Both the position numbers and the translations under genes were made by a program. The notes under the pieces were generated by a model, which did not search any database, had not been told where the DNA came from, and saw only the letters and a program-made list of their open reading frames with translations. Positions 10,862-25,059 of a stretch of 64,000 bases of DNA are shown here, in pieces (within the stretch, counting starts at the first letter, position 1; every line of letters starts with the position of its first letter). Origin of the DNA: Marsupella aquatica (lineage: Eukaryota; Plantae; Marchantiophyta); contig OZ316892.1 of the NCBI GenBank assembly GCA_973895155.1, positions 29,146,932 through 29,210,931 of the forward strand, in the 5' to 3' direction.

Positions 10862-13800
10862 ATGAAAGGTGGCAATTGGAATCCCAGAGGTCCCAAATGG
10901 GGACCCCTAATGCCTTCCCAACCGCCAGATTTCTCAAATTTCCAGCAGGACATAAATCAAGGAGGCGGACATTCGTTCCTTAGTAGGGCTAATGCTTCGC
11001 CTCACTTAAAGCCTGGCCGGGATTATAATTCTCCTCGGCGGAGGGGACAGAATTCTCACCTACAAAATGGTGCAGAGGGGCATCATGATAATCAGCAGTG
11101 GGGCACACCGTCGCCTCCTGGGATGAGTCCCCGTGGCCTCAATACACATCAACAGCAACGGCGAGGGTTTAGGACTCCACCAAATATGCATGGTAGTCAT
11201 AGTGCATCATCGCCAATGCCTCCGGGTCATCTGAATGGGATGGTGTGGGGGCCATCTGTTCCTATTCAGATTTCCCCCAACGGTTTCCCCTTGAATGATA
11301 GCGGTTTCCCCTTGAATGATAGGGATCAAAATGGGCAAGGCTGGCGTGCAACGACGATATCTTCTCCCGAGGTTCCCTCATTTCCTCCATCATGGGGAGA
11401 AGGACCTGTGAGGCCAATTAACCACTTTCATGTCGTGGGGCTTCCTCCTGGAGAGGACAGAGTCTCCTATGCAGATAGATTGGCCACTAGGATTTACAAT
11501 GAGATGCTGGCAGAGAAGAAGGGGGTGTCCACTTTTAAAGTTGCACAAGCGACCCTGTCTGTGCTCGGAGTTCCAGCCTTTGAGGCGCTAGGCATATTGC
11601 CTCATGACATCACATGTCTGCGCCAACTTACGACACTCGAAAGCAGGGTATGAGCCACATGTGGATTGGTCTACTGCTTTCCCTGTAAATTAACATGCAG
11701 AGTGAGCTTCATTATTTATCTCCCTTCTGCTGCAGCGTTGCAATGCAATATTTTATTTTTGTACAACCGGAGTTGCCCGGATGCACCATGTTCCCGAAAA
11801 ACTTCAAGGGCGAACTGAAGGCTTGGGGATAAGTTAAAGAAAAATCAAGCATTGAAACAACGCACGGAACTGACGTATTGAGTAATGACTCTCAAAGAGA
11901 GCTTATATCCTGGCTGTCAATTTTTTTTTAAGATTTGTTGCTAACATGATATGCCAGATTTGGACAAGAATAGCCCGTGACACTGATTTATACTTGTTGA
12001 TGAGCAGGTCAATGCATATATGCAGTCTTACTTGTCAGTGAGGAAGATAGCTACCTTATACGACTTGAGTAATGACCTGGCCTGTGAAGAAGGAGTGAAT
12101 AATTATGACGACCTGGGCCTGGGGCCCCTTCTATACCACGAACTGGTTGTTCACTTTTTCTCTCCAGCGGTTGGAGTTGAAATTCATAAGATCACTGCTG
12201 CGGAAGTTATACAGTATCTAGCACAGTGGATTAGTCATCAACCGAAGGAATCGTTGAAGGTTGAGAGTTTTCTATCGTATGTCGCTAGTCAGCGTTCCCT
12301 CTCGTCTCCTGAGCATCTTTGTTTACGAATTCAGAGCCTTGGGTATGCACTTCCCTCAATTCTTTGAATATTCTTTCGAATTTGGACAATATACGATAAT
12401 TGAGCAATGGATGAAGTGACTGGCTCGTAACTTTGGCATATGATGCTGTTCTTTTGGCCCTTTTGGTGGCTGCCCTGCTGTATTAGATACCATCTAGTTT
12501 GGAAATTACCTACTACATAAGTATTGATGTTTGAAAACATTGTAAATGCAGAATGCATGTTGGACATATTAAACGTTCAAAGAAAGCAGAGATGGAACAA
12601 ATCGGCATCTGGGAGAGACGAGCGAAAGCAGAATTTGCCAAAAGTAACAAGGAAAGTGTAATGTCGCGCGTTAGCTCATTCCTTGCTGCAGAACGGGAAA
12701 AGGAGACCTCTATGCGAAAACGTAAGCGCTTTTCTTCAAGTCCTGACTTAGATGAGGTGGACACGGGGGATGAAGACCCTGTGGATGGGATTCCCGAAAG
12801 AATTCTGCCAAACAGCCCTTCGAGACGTAAAGTCAAGCTTGAGGACGCAAGCACTGTGGAAGTCTCAAGTGCTGCCCCATCTTGTCCCTACCCATCTGCT
12901 GCAGAGGAGCGGGCACGGGTTAAGAAACTGGAATTGCAACAGTTTGTTGCAAACTCTGAGAAAGAAGATTTCTACTTGTCACGCCCTGAGCTTCAGGAGT
13001 TCGTCACAATTCTGAAGGATGCTTGTCACAATCGTTCAGTCCATGAGGTGCCCTCTCTTGACACTAAAACTTCTGTAACTCACATCGGTTCCCAACTGCA
13101 CAACTTGTCTTTCAAATGTAAGCAAAACCTCTATTTCTGTGCAGTAGTCCCTTGCACATGTCCGCATCCCAAGAGTCCGCATGTCCTCTAAAGTCTGCTT
13201 TTCAAACTCTAAAACGTCAGGCTTAACTTTAATGTACACTCTTGTAAAACATATGTATAACCTATCTAAATACAGGCATAACTATGCAAGCTACTTGTAG
13301 ACCTATTCAAAGTAGTACATGTTAGTTGTCTAATTGCGTAAACCTTTTTAAATAACTCTAATATCTCAGGTCCACACTTTCTCTTCAGCTCTAAAGGTTT
13401 TCACCGGGTAATTATATAAACGTCTATAAAGAACTTAAATATCTTAGTTCCACACTGTGTCTCGAGTCCGCAAGGTTTTCACGAGGTTTAGGGTTTAGGG
13501 TGTACTGGACTCGTCTAAGATGATTTTATCCATGTTGCGGTCTGTGCCACGCCAGTGTAGATTTAAAAAGCAAGCCTAAAAGTTGGCAGAAGAAAGTAGG
13601 CGATGCAATTAAGTAAGTCTATGTATTGTCCGAGATTTCTTGCCCTGACATTGTGGTTGGGAAATGTAGACAGTGGGATGTAGGCATTTCCTAGTTGAAA
13701 GCCAAGGGTAGTAGGAGAGATGGCATTTCCAGATTGAAAAGTTGTCTGTACTCTGCCTTATCGTTTTAGTCTCGTCTACGTAACCGAGAATCGTTGATGC

Positions 13801-16800
13801 ACTGACTGAATGTGATGTGCTGCCTTTATTTCAGGTGCTAATGAAAATGATTGAAATGTCTCGGAAGTTTAAGGGTACAAAGAAGAGAAGTGGAAAGTCG
13901 AAAATTTTCAAAGCATACCCCGCAATTGGCCTGCTAAATGTCGCTGTAAGTTGTGCCTTTCTTCCTGTGGTCCAGCTCTGTTTCCTTCTCTGTTTGGAAT
14001 GAAATCGGTTTCTATCGTTTTATACGCTTATTTGTTGGCCGTAGCAGTTTACTCTGGAAAGGGACCTGTACCTTACGATCTATTTTGGGGTGAATGGAAT
14101 ATGGAGGAACCGTGTTGAGTGCACTTGGGCAGGTTTACACTTGCTGGCCTCAAACAACCATGCTTTCTTCATATCAAATTTGTATGTGGCAGGTTTTGTC
14201 TGTAAAAGCTGGATTCTGGGATAGCATGTACCAAAATTTTCTTGAGGTGGCAGATGAGACTGATGGACCTCTAAAAGAGAAAATGCGAACTGTTCAAGTT
14301 GCGGCACCCATAGATGTTGTTTCATCAAAGAAAAGTACAACCTGCCAAGTTTCACATTTACCTGGTATGTGATCAACGGCTAAGTTGCTGATTTTCATTT
14401 TTTACTGATCGGTTTTCAGAATCTCGCAGAGGATCTCAGTCCTGCCGTAGTTATTAGTAGCGATGTTGACTACATGCTGTTTTCCATTTGCGCATCAGTT
14501 TTTGATATAAGAAGTTAGCTGACTGCATAGAAAGGAGCCAGGTGATTCCTCTTCTCAGTCCCTTTCTTAGTCCTCAGTCCCTCTCTTAGAGAGTGTTACC
14601 TTAAGATCTGCGTTAAAAGAGGGATTGTTGAAAGGATTCGGCGATCCCTCCTTTGAGTCCGCACGTTCAACCTGGCTAAAACTTGTGGATGTGGCAGAAA
14701 GTGCGGACCTTGCATGTTCCGTTTGTTACAGAAGTTTACATACAAGGACACGAATTTGCATAGGTTTACCTGTAATCTACACAAATTACATAGGTTGACA
14801 ATATTCTGACATAATTTAAAATATAATTTTACCATGTAGTTTACGTAGATCTACATCAGATTAAAAACGGTGCTGGATTTGCAGGTCCTGAAGAGATAGT
14901 CGCTGCAGTATCTGAACATTGTGAGAAGTATTTGAGGCCACGGATTGTTGATGGATCCCAAAACCAGCACAAGGGTTTGTGGTCACTTTTACACTGGGTT
15001 CATGAATGTGAAGACTGGATAACTGGCAAATACTCAGTAGGAGAATTTGCATCTCTAGGATTTGGAAAATTTTCAAATTTCCTAGAGCAATACATAGAGT
15101 TACTACCCAGTTTGGTGATCTCAATTATCAGCGAAAAGGTTAGAGATAGAAGACTTGTAGAAACCAAAGTCCCAAAGGAGCGGTTGTTTTCATTTCTTGC
15201 GCAGGCTCTTCCCACAGCATGTGAGAATGGGGCTTCCTTAAAGGATCATATTTCGGGCCTCCTCTACAGGCAGTTCAACGTGACTAGCGTGGAAGAAGTT
15301 GGAGCCAGTTCTGTTGAAAGCCTGCTGGAAACAAGCAATGGTGATGCATCCGCATTGTCTCCCATGGGTCATGTCTTCTTTCTGGAACCGTTGCTTGCAT
15401 CTGGTACCGCCGAAGGAGTTGGTGCTCCGGGTCAGTTCAAGGACGGAAGTACTCAGGCTGAAGTATCACATGAGCCTCGGGAGGCTAGAGTTGGTATGTT
15501 GGGTTCTATGTCTAGTGCCGATGCAGCCAAGTTTTTGTTGAAAGCTCCTTTTCTCGTCGACCTCTCTCAGTGGTCACAGTGGCACTCAGTCTTTGCTCCA
15601 ACCCTTGGGCCCTTGCTGGATTGGTTTGAAAGAGAAGGTTCCAAGTGGGGCTTGCATGCAATCGTGACACGTGAAGGGGCCTTGTTGAGAATAGATGGAA
15701 AGGCAACTGCGGACAGTTTCTTACTAGCAACTGTGAAAGGCCTTGGGGATCAGATGGCAGCAGTTCTCATGTCGTTGATAGCATTATATGGAGGCACTAC
15801 AAGTTCTCCAACAGCTCTCCTCAAGTCCTATGCTTCCAAGGGTCTAGACATTCTCTTGGGGTCTTCGGCTGGTGAGTTGATTTTGCAGTCACCATCTCGT
15901 CCTGCTAGTGTACAGATGAAAAGGAAGTTCACTGAACAATTAGGAGGGCAGGTTGTGACGCTAAACCACTCGGTCCGAGATGTAAAGCCAAAGACTACAA
16001 GTGGATTGGCAGCGTCTGGAAACGGCACGTTTCAGGCTGATTATATTTCCCATGAGAGTGTGGCGGGAAGGATTGGTAATCAGAGTTTGGTTGCGAGTCA
16101 ATGCGTATTGGAGTGTCTTTCTTGTGTGATTCCAGAGTTCCGGACCTTCACAGCAGAAATTTTGTTACCTGCTCTTTCGCCTTTGATTGCGGGTACTCCT
16201 GCGTTACTAATGAGCGCAAGCTTTACTTTACAGCAGAAATCCATCCTCCATGGTTTGGGCTTCTGTCTTGGAATTCCCGAGTGGATAAGTGATTACAACA
16301 GTTATGCAACTCAGTCATCCCCATCTTTTATGTGCGGTCCGGAGGAAATGGAGGTTGACAAGTCTGAGCAGGGCCCACTGGAGACACAAGTACCTGATGA
16401 TCTTGTCAGTTGTAATGTGCATGCTCCAATGACAAATAGAGTGAAGGTTGACACTAAGACTGGCGGCAAGGATGTGGAGATATTCTCCGATAACGACGTA
16501 CCTTCTACCTTCGAGAAAGATAGAATTCAAGGCAATCCACTTCACATAAGGACTGATGGCTCTAATAGGTTAGGAAAGAAAAATGGCAAAGGGCGGAAAG
16601 CAAACACAAGGAAAGACACGCTGCTAGAGAGTGCCTCTATAGAAGCTGAGGCGACGATGGTGATTGAGCAAATTCGGCAGAGTGAGTTTGGTGTGGGACA
16701 AGATATTCAAGGGAAAGGGTGTGACCTCCTTGCAAAGCAGCATGCTAGAATGGGCCGGGCTTTACATCGTCTTTCAAGTGATCTATATTCACAAGACTCT

Positions 16801-19800
16801 CACTTTGTCCTTGAGCTTGTAAGTCACCTTTTCTTCTGATGGCAATAATACCATAACATAGAGGTCATCAGTTTATCTGAAGACCATATCAACCCGCGTT
16901 ACTTTCTAGTGACAGAGAATGTGCATCCTCTATTTTTTAGTTGGTTTGACTCTCACCGATCAGTTTGTCTAGGTCGTATTCGGAAGCATTTGCTGACAGT
17001 TCATTCCAGGTACAAAATGCAGATGACAACGCTTACCATGCAGGTGTGGAAGCAGCACTATTGTTTTTAATCCAGGAAGGGCGCATTGTAGTCTTGAACA
17101 ACGAGAAAGGGTTCACAGCTGCTAATATCCGTGCCCTTTGCGATGTGGGTAACTCCACGAAGGCAGGAATGAATACTGGCTACATTGGTCATAAAGGCAT
17201 AGGCTTCAAATCAGTGTTCCGGGTAAGTTATAATGATGTTGTCTGATTCAATGCGATGATTATCTGCATTGATCAGATAATTTGTCTATCCTCAAAAGGA
17301 ATTCGAGTGATCCTTCTTTCTTCTTTTGGAACGCAGAAGATAAATAGATAACGGATTTCTTGGCACAAAATTATTCTCCTGAAATATAGAGAAAGAAAAA
17401 GTTTATATTTGCGACATCTCTAATGTTTGCAGTCTCATACAACTCTTGAATTCAAATTGAAGTCGGGCATGTCTTGCCAGGAAATTTGATTAGGGCTCCT
17501 TGAATCCTAAAATGACCAACTTGCTCAATCAATTGAATGTCGTTTTAGGTGACTGATGCTCCGGAGATACACTCAAACGGTTTCCACGTCAAATTCGATG
17601 TCTCGGAGGGAGATCTTGGATTCATACTGCCAACTTGTATCCCTCCACCTCCTGCTGGTGACTCGAGTGCTGATATAATAGCTATGATGCCAGAAATTGA
17701 GAAACCGCAAATGGTGGGAATTGATTGTTGGAATACCCGGATTAATCTCCCTATTAAAGCATCTATTCAGAAAGGAACAGGACTCAACCTTCTAGCATCA
17801 AAGTTTAGTGATCTTCATCCTTCATTGTTGCTCTTTCTCCATCGCCTCCGCCGCATGGCGGTACGTAATGAGTTGACCGGATCAGTGGTTGTGATGCATC
17901 GTGAAGATAAAGGGGAGGATCTTGTAAAAGTTGTGCATGGGACAGGAACGGCTACCTGGATGGTTGTTCGCCAAAGACTGAAGGCAGCTGTTCATCGACC
18001 TGGGATCACAGAGACAGAAATTGCCTTGGCTTTTCAGCTGAATGAAATATCAACGGGGAATTATGAGGCCCATTCCGAGCAGCAACAAGTTTTTGCTTTT
18101 CTTCCACTACGTTCCTATGGACTGAGATTCATTCTTCAAGGCGACTTCAAAGTACCATCTTCAAGAGAGGAGGTAGATTGTGACAGTGACTGGAACCAGT
18201 GGCTAAGGTCGGAGATTCCCAATGTATTTCTCAAGTCATCTGAAGTTTTCCAGAAAACCTTGGCTGCTGGCGGTCCTGGAAAAGCGGTGTCAAGTTTCAT
18301 GAGCTTCCTGCCAATGGAAGGAGAGGTTCTTGGATTTTTTGCTCCTTTGCCAAGAATGATATTGTCTAGTTTGCGGGGAAGTGAATCTCTCCCAATTGAA
18401 GGCGGAGGATGGGCAATGCCATGTGTCCTATTACGTGGGTGGACTAACTCGACCCGTCAGTTGCTCCCTGACATGTTCCTTAACGAACACTTAGGATTAC
18501 GGTACTTGGATAAGGATGTAAATATTACCGATGTTCTGGCGATGAAATTAGGAGTACAGCAATTCGGAGCAGGTACTTTGGTTGCGGCGATGAAATCTAT
18601 TTGTGACACGAAGGGAGTGTTGATGTCGTTGGGCATTGAGTGGGTTAAAGCCTGGCTACTGGCTCTCCATGAGTGCTTTGTGTCTGATCAGAAATCGCAA
18701 CATCCTGAGATCTTTGAAGACAAGTGGGGCTCCTATAGGCTAGAGCTCCAAAGCCTCCCTTACATCCCATTATCAAATGACACGTTCACATCTCTGTCAG
18801 ATGGCTCTGTGTGGTTCGCCGGTGACCTTTCTGAGAATGGCCTTGGAGTGAGTTCCGTCTTAAGTAACTTCAAACTCCTCCTTTCAGAATTGAGAACTAT
18901 ACATCCCAGCTTGTTTGCTTTGCAAACCGAATGCGCCGTTTCTGAGGAATGTTCAACTGCCGCTTCGCCTCTGCTCAGCGGTGGGGGCTTGGGCAAGAAT
19001 CCTGTTGAGAAAGTCGTGAGCATTCTTCAAAGATTGGGTGTGAGCAGACTCTCTTCACATGAATTGTTGAAGAGTCATGTGCTACCAGCAATGGCCAAGG
19101 ATGAGTGTTTATTGAAAGATCATTTGTTGGTTGTGGAATACTTGGGGTTTGTCATCTCACACTTGGAGTCGAATTGTGCGACTTGCTTCTCAGGAGAATA
19201 TAACGTCAAAGCTGAGCTCCAAAAATGTGCCGTCATTCTGACCAATCATGGGCTCATTCGTGTTGGACAGAAACCGATACATTTTAGTTCTGCTATGGGT
19301 AACAATATTACTGACATGAAGATGATTTTGGAAGGGAGTCATCTCCCTTGGATTGAAGTCAGTCCTTTGTATCTGCAATTGCAAGGCAAAGGTTGCGAGC
19401 TCACACAGTTGCGGAATTTTTTCAAGGAATTGGGTGTCACAGATTTTGTTAAAGTTCTTTACATGGAGCGGACACTTTTGAATAAGAGTGCCAGTTTATG
19501 GAAGAATTGCTTGTGGGAGGACGGGGTCGCATCTGAAGGGCCCTGGATTTTGCAAGACTGCAGCAGCCCAGAACTTGAATTCTTACTGAATTTGAAACGA
19601 GATGGAGATTCAGCCTCAATGGAAGGGCAAAACAATAGTTTACGTTTGAGGGAACGGTGTGGAAGCATCCTTGCTGCTCTCGATCACAACTGGGACGACT
19701 ACTACTGCCAGTTCTGCAATGCTAGCTATTCACCCCTGGCTGTGAATGATGTGGGTCCTCAAAAGGCTACTGTCTCAAGTTTCCTCCTGCTACTCCAACA

Positions 19801-22800
19801 GTGTTCGTGGATATTATCAAGTTTGGATGAAAAATTGCACGTGCCGACAGATCTATTTAGATCCTGTGAAGCCGTTGAAAGGATATTGGGTAGTCATGCC
19901 CCTTATGCGGTCACACCGGTAGGCACTCGTTTCCCAGCATCGCAGATTTGTCATTTATAAGCATTAAGCGGCAATATCTCATAAATGTGTAAAATCTAGA
20001 GTTGCAAATGCTTTTGGATGACCATAGAGTACCAGATGGACCGATTGAACTTACAGGGTCCACACAGAAGAGTGTAACGTCCCCTCTCGAACCGGGTCTT
20101 GAACTCTCCAAATTGATCCATTCTGTCCTTCCTCGTTCTGTGTCGTAGAATTTCAATTACGACTTTTCACTCGTCCCAGGAAGCTCGGTTAACAAAACCT
20201 TTCTTCTAAGAATGAATGGCCTTTGATACTTGATGGCTTTGCAACTTAAAGCTGCATGTTGTACAGCAGTTTGTAGCACATTTTTGGTATTGAATTTAGA
20301 GATAGTTGTCGCCATGATGCACCTTCAGGAATTGTAGGCAACCTGCACAGATAAGTATGGCTAATTGTACCTTCTCTACAATTGTTATCTTGCTCTTATA
20401 AATGATTGATTCTTATACCGCTCGCAAACTTCGTCTGGACTAGTTGTCTTGAAACAACTCCTTTGTGATTCAGTTGTTGCCATTTGGGAGGCCTTCATCA
20501 CATTATGTTCATTAGTAAAACTGGCTGGTGAAAGAGCAGATTCAGAGTACAGGGTTTATGGAAGCGCTGGGACTCCGCACACGAGTATCGGTTGATGATG
20601 CACTCCAGCTGCTCCGCTACTTGAGCCAGGACAAGGGGTTTTGTGAAGCTAGGTAACTTTAAAATATATAGTGCGCGCTATTCAATGTTCAAAACCTTTC
20701 CTAGTTGACCTTTGTTCATGTAGTAATTTGTCTCGAACTTTCAATATTGGTCTTGATAGTCATGTTTCAGCTGGTTAACTCTCACCTCTGGCTTGTCTTT
20801 GTTGTAACTGCAGTATAGGTGAGATGACCCAGCTGTACTCATTCTTGTGGGAAAATCTCCCCTCTCACAAGGACGATGTACTCAGGTTGTTCAGATCCGG
20901 AGAATCTATTTTTGTACCACTCCAATGGAATAGAAATGCTCAGGAAGTTCAGAAGGGCCGGTTTTATTCGGTGGAGAGTGTGTGCTGGAGTGACCCCACC
21001 AGCACTCTGGATTTGCTTTCATTTCATCAGAAGATGAGACTCCGTGTTCCTGTTGCACCGTTGTGTGGGATGTATCAGGGCCTGCACGAGTTTTTCGTTA
21101 GAGAGTGCCTTGTTCCAGAAATGCCCAGCTTTGATGGGTATCTTGCAGTTCTCAAGAAAATTGCTGATGAGCAACCTCCTATTGCGGCGCTAAGTCATGT
21201 GAGTAACCATCGGACAGAAGAGAATTTGGCTCACTTAATTCAGGAATTGGGGTCAAGGCATCCACACCATCTTGAGAACATTGTTATCCTTCTTGATTTA
21301 GATCTGTGATGATGGGATGGTACGGTCACCGTATTTCTGTCTTCAGCCAACGAGAAGGATCGACTTTGTTTTTTTGGGAGTAGTCTCTTGTTTAGGTGCA
21401 AATGCTGGTTTCCTGGTGACCACGGTTGATCCTCAGCTTCTCCTGTACCACCTGTTCTTTGCGTTTGTACTAAGTCACGGTTAACTTGCACAAATTTGCG
21501 CGTAAGCTACACTAATTCAGTTATAATTTACACGAATTTACAGAAAACTTACTCCAATTTACACATAATGTGTATGGAATATTAGTCTTACAATAGGTCT
21601 AACCGAAAGTTCGATATAGTTTCCTGGTTTAAAATGCTGATTTGATTGCGATGCGGGACTTAAGCGAGTGCATACTTTACTACCGATTTGTTCGATACTA
21701 GAGAAAAGATCCCCTAAAATTATCCTCTTTGCAGGTTATGGAAGTGTTCAATCTGTGGTCGTCGGAGATTAGCAGAGGCAATGTTGAGCCCCCAGAGATT
21801 TTGAGATGGAAAAGTCAATTGGGGGAAGCAGAGAGCAAAATTTTTGCCACCAGCCAAGACAGATGGGTATGCTTGAACGATCAAAAGGGCCTGGTTTGCA
21901 TTTGCGATGACAAAAAACTTGGAGAAGAATTTCAAGAGTTTGGGGAATGCGTCCACTTTTTACTCATGACAGATGATGACCTCAGAGAAACGCTGAAGCG
22001 AAGCAATTCTCGAGAGACAGTTGATTGGACCCTACAACCTCTCGTGGAAGCACTGGGAATACCCAAGCTCTCGGAGGTCAACTTCTCTCACCTGTGCGAA
22101 TCATTTTCAGAGAGATTTTGATTGAGCTGTGAATCGTTCACGACCGAAAGTTCCATCTGAATATTTTCGAGGTGCTTTACTCTTCAATTGATCTCAACTG
22201 ACTTTGATGTCTCTGACACCGCAGGTTGTCGAACGTGAAGTTATAAAATATGGTCTACGTGATAGTGGCAAGATTGAAGCACTTATTGACTGGATTTTAC
22301 CCTATGGGCAACGCTACTTGAAGCATCACCATGCCGACGAATACAAATATCTTCAGGGAATTGGAATGGACGAAGCTCTGAGAAGGCTCAGATTTGTTGC
22401 CGTGGATCAACTCTACTTTCGGTATTCTCTTCGCAATACTGTAATCCGATCAAACAGATTGAGTCCCTGCACTTGCATTCTTGAGGTACTTAACCGACCT
22501 TTTCAGTTTGTCGTTCTTACCACGCTGTCCCTTTGGAGCTTTGTGCCCATGTGAGTATCGTATGCAGTATGCAGGAGAATTGTTTTCTGATAGATTCTAC
22601 ATGGGCATTTTTTATGCAGGGCAACACTTTATTTGTGGTAGAAGACTTTGTGAACGATTACTGCAACATATATACGGAGCTTTCTCGCCTCTTTTTTAAT
22701 GGGAAACCAAATCTTCAAATAGCCAATTTTCTACATCTCATCACTCTCATGGCTTCCTCGGGGTCCTCCAAAAATGAGATTGAGGGCTTCATAAGAAATG

Positions 22801-23789
22801 TACAGTGCATTCGACCAGGCATGGAAGGAGAAGACCTTTGGACCCTGGGCACTGCATGTAATGGCCATCCTGCCACTCAGTTGGTGGGATGGCCACCTAA
22901 AACTTGGATGCCCATGCCCGCAGTAAGTAATGAAAGAGTAGGTGAATTGAATCGACGCTCTCCTGGTGTCAGTCCACTGAGCAGTAACCAAAGTCAAGTT
23001 GCTCCTTCGCAAGGATATGACACTGGAGAACATTCAACTTTCAAAGACGTAACATTGCGGGATGGCCCACTGAGCATAGAGGAGGAGTCTGCTGGCTGTC
23101 AGTTGTTGTTTGGTGATGTTAGAGATTTCCCTTCTCTACATAGACCATCTTATCCTGTTTCGATTGAAGGGAAAGGGAAAATGCATGCAGCTAAGGCTCC
23201 GCAATATTTGGAAGTGCAATCCCGGAGACCATCTCAAGTTTGGCAAGGTGAAGGGGCTCAAAGTCGAGCAATGCATGTCCAAGAAGTAGTGATAGATGGA
23301 TCTGAATCAATGCTGATCGACAACACCCCTCAGAGCAGAGCTATGACAAATTTCCAGGGTAGGGATTCTCTTGGAGCACATCCTGCTAATGAGCAGCAAA
23401 GGGAGACCGGTCGTTCCGGTGAGGCAATTGTCTACCAGTACTTGTCTAGCCACTATGGAGCTGCCCATGTGAAATGGCTCAATCAAGATTCAGAAAGTGG
23501 AGCTGCATATGATATCGTGGTTATCAAGGACTCTGGAAAGAAGGAGTTCGTGGAGGTGAAAGCCACACGTTCGTCTGGTAAGGACTGGTTTGAAATCTCA
23601 CCTTACGAATGGGACTTTGCCAGAAGTCATCCTGACTCTTTCACTATTATGCGAGTATGCCTTGGCTCTACAAGTCAGCAGGTCAAGCTCCTCAGATTGC
23701 CTAATCCAGTCAAGCTTGCGCAAGAACATGTTCTTCAGCTGGCTCTTTTGCTACCAGCGGTACAAGAAAATATAGTCAAGAACATGTGA
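10862..23789 (+). CDS. NOV: NO VEIN (NOV / EMB2597)-like protein with sacsin-like GHKL ATPase and C-terminal DUF3883 (NOV_C); 13 coding exons, about 2895 aa
   Basis: GT-AG, phase-consistent exons: 10862-11647, 12008-12342, 12552-13047, 13835-13945, 14193-14364, 14885-16818, 17010-17222, 17549-19918, 20540-20652, 20814-21198, 21735-22076, 22225-22485, 22620-23789 (8688 nt, in frame). NOV-family motifs: SCPYPSAAEE, YPAIGLLNVAV, APFLVDLSQWSQW, QHARMGRALHRLSSDLYSQDSHFVLELVQNADDN, IGHKGIGFKSVFRV, AFLPLRSYGLRFILQGDF, and TGRSGE..WLN..YDI..FVEVKAT..WFEIS..EW. The exon 9 acceptor could be 20540 or 20546. Confidence 0.93.
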
Positions 23790-24770
23790 TTTGTCTTCAA
23801 TCCATAGGCAAAGCCATTTGGGGTCATTCTTCTTTAAAGAGTGCTTATGAGGTAGCATCCACTTTTGTGCATAATTTGACCTCAAATTAGCATAGCGATA
23901 AATGCAAATAGGCTTAAAGACTTTCAACATTGGGAGTGTCGATGTTATTTATTGGGCAGTAGAGATAGGTCTTACTATTTCGAGATTTGAACTCGGCCTT
24001 GGCTTTGTGAAGATGGTCATGAATGTAAGGCTGTGCAGTCTGTCCATCACTCTCTTCCGGGTAACTCCCAATTGAAGAGCAATTTAAGGATTGGATTTCC
24101 TTCTCTACTTGAAGATTATCCAACATCGGGAAGGCTACTACGTCCAGTACTAAATAAAACTATTAGCCAAGAGTATTGGTTTTCGTCTTCTGTGAATACT
24201 TGTCCAATGTGAGTTGATTTCCAGTCTTGACGTCACGATGGTACCCAAATGTAATCGATTTACGGAACGTGATCAAGTTGACTGTCCAGAACAGATTCAA
24301 AGTCATCCCAAATTTGATGTTCACCCCCGACATTCGAAAAGAGCATGACCTCTGATTTTGCTTACTACTCTCGGATGGGTGGTCCCCAACTTATCCACTG
24401 AGAGGCAGAGTTATATCCAGTCCTGAAGTAGGAACTTGGCATTCCCACTGCAATAGTTGTTGTTGATCAAGGTCTGTCCGGGAATGACAAACGATGAAAA
24501 TCTCCCAAACAATTCGGATTCTCTCATCCAGGCCATAGCCAAAATAGAACTCAATCCATGATTGCATCGTAGCTTTTCTAAAGAATCCCAACTCATGCTG
24601 ATGTGTGTCAGTTGTAACAGTTTAGAGCACTTGCTAGGTGATTATCATAAGCTCCCAATCACATAACATCAAAACAATACAGAAATCTAACAAATTGTTT
24701 TCAATGATTTTCCTGTCTACGCAACCAGTAAAGGAAGCTCATAATTGGTTTCCGTTCAAATAATTTGGGC

Positions 24771-24982
24771 ACATGTAAACCTCCTGTTACCCAGGATAAG
24801 ATATCAATTTAAGTTGGGTACCTTGTGGCTGCCTGCTTTGATTTTGAAGCACACTTTCAGCACATGCAAACCTCGTGTTGTTCCCGGTGGGGTATCAATT
24901 TAAGTTGGGTACCTCATTACCTTACATCAGCCAAAAAGGATGGACGCTTCTTGTGGCTGCCTGCTTCGATTTTGGAACACAC
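24771..24982. repeat. Short nested local duplications
   Basis: tatcaatttaagttgggtacct occurs twice (about 24802 and 24893). tgtggctgcctgctt(t/c)gattttg occurs twice (about 24824 and 24951). Confidence 0.7.
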
Positions 24983-25059
24983 GCCATCAGAAATCTGAAG
25001 GGTAAACTTTGGAACCGGTGCACATTATGGCGTTGTCCCCTTCGTCTATTTTGATGCGC

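Noticed and set aside
13486-13500. Telomeric TTTAGGG repeats in NOV intron 3
   Set aside because: Only two units, too short to call an interstitial telomere or a functional telo-box.
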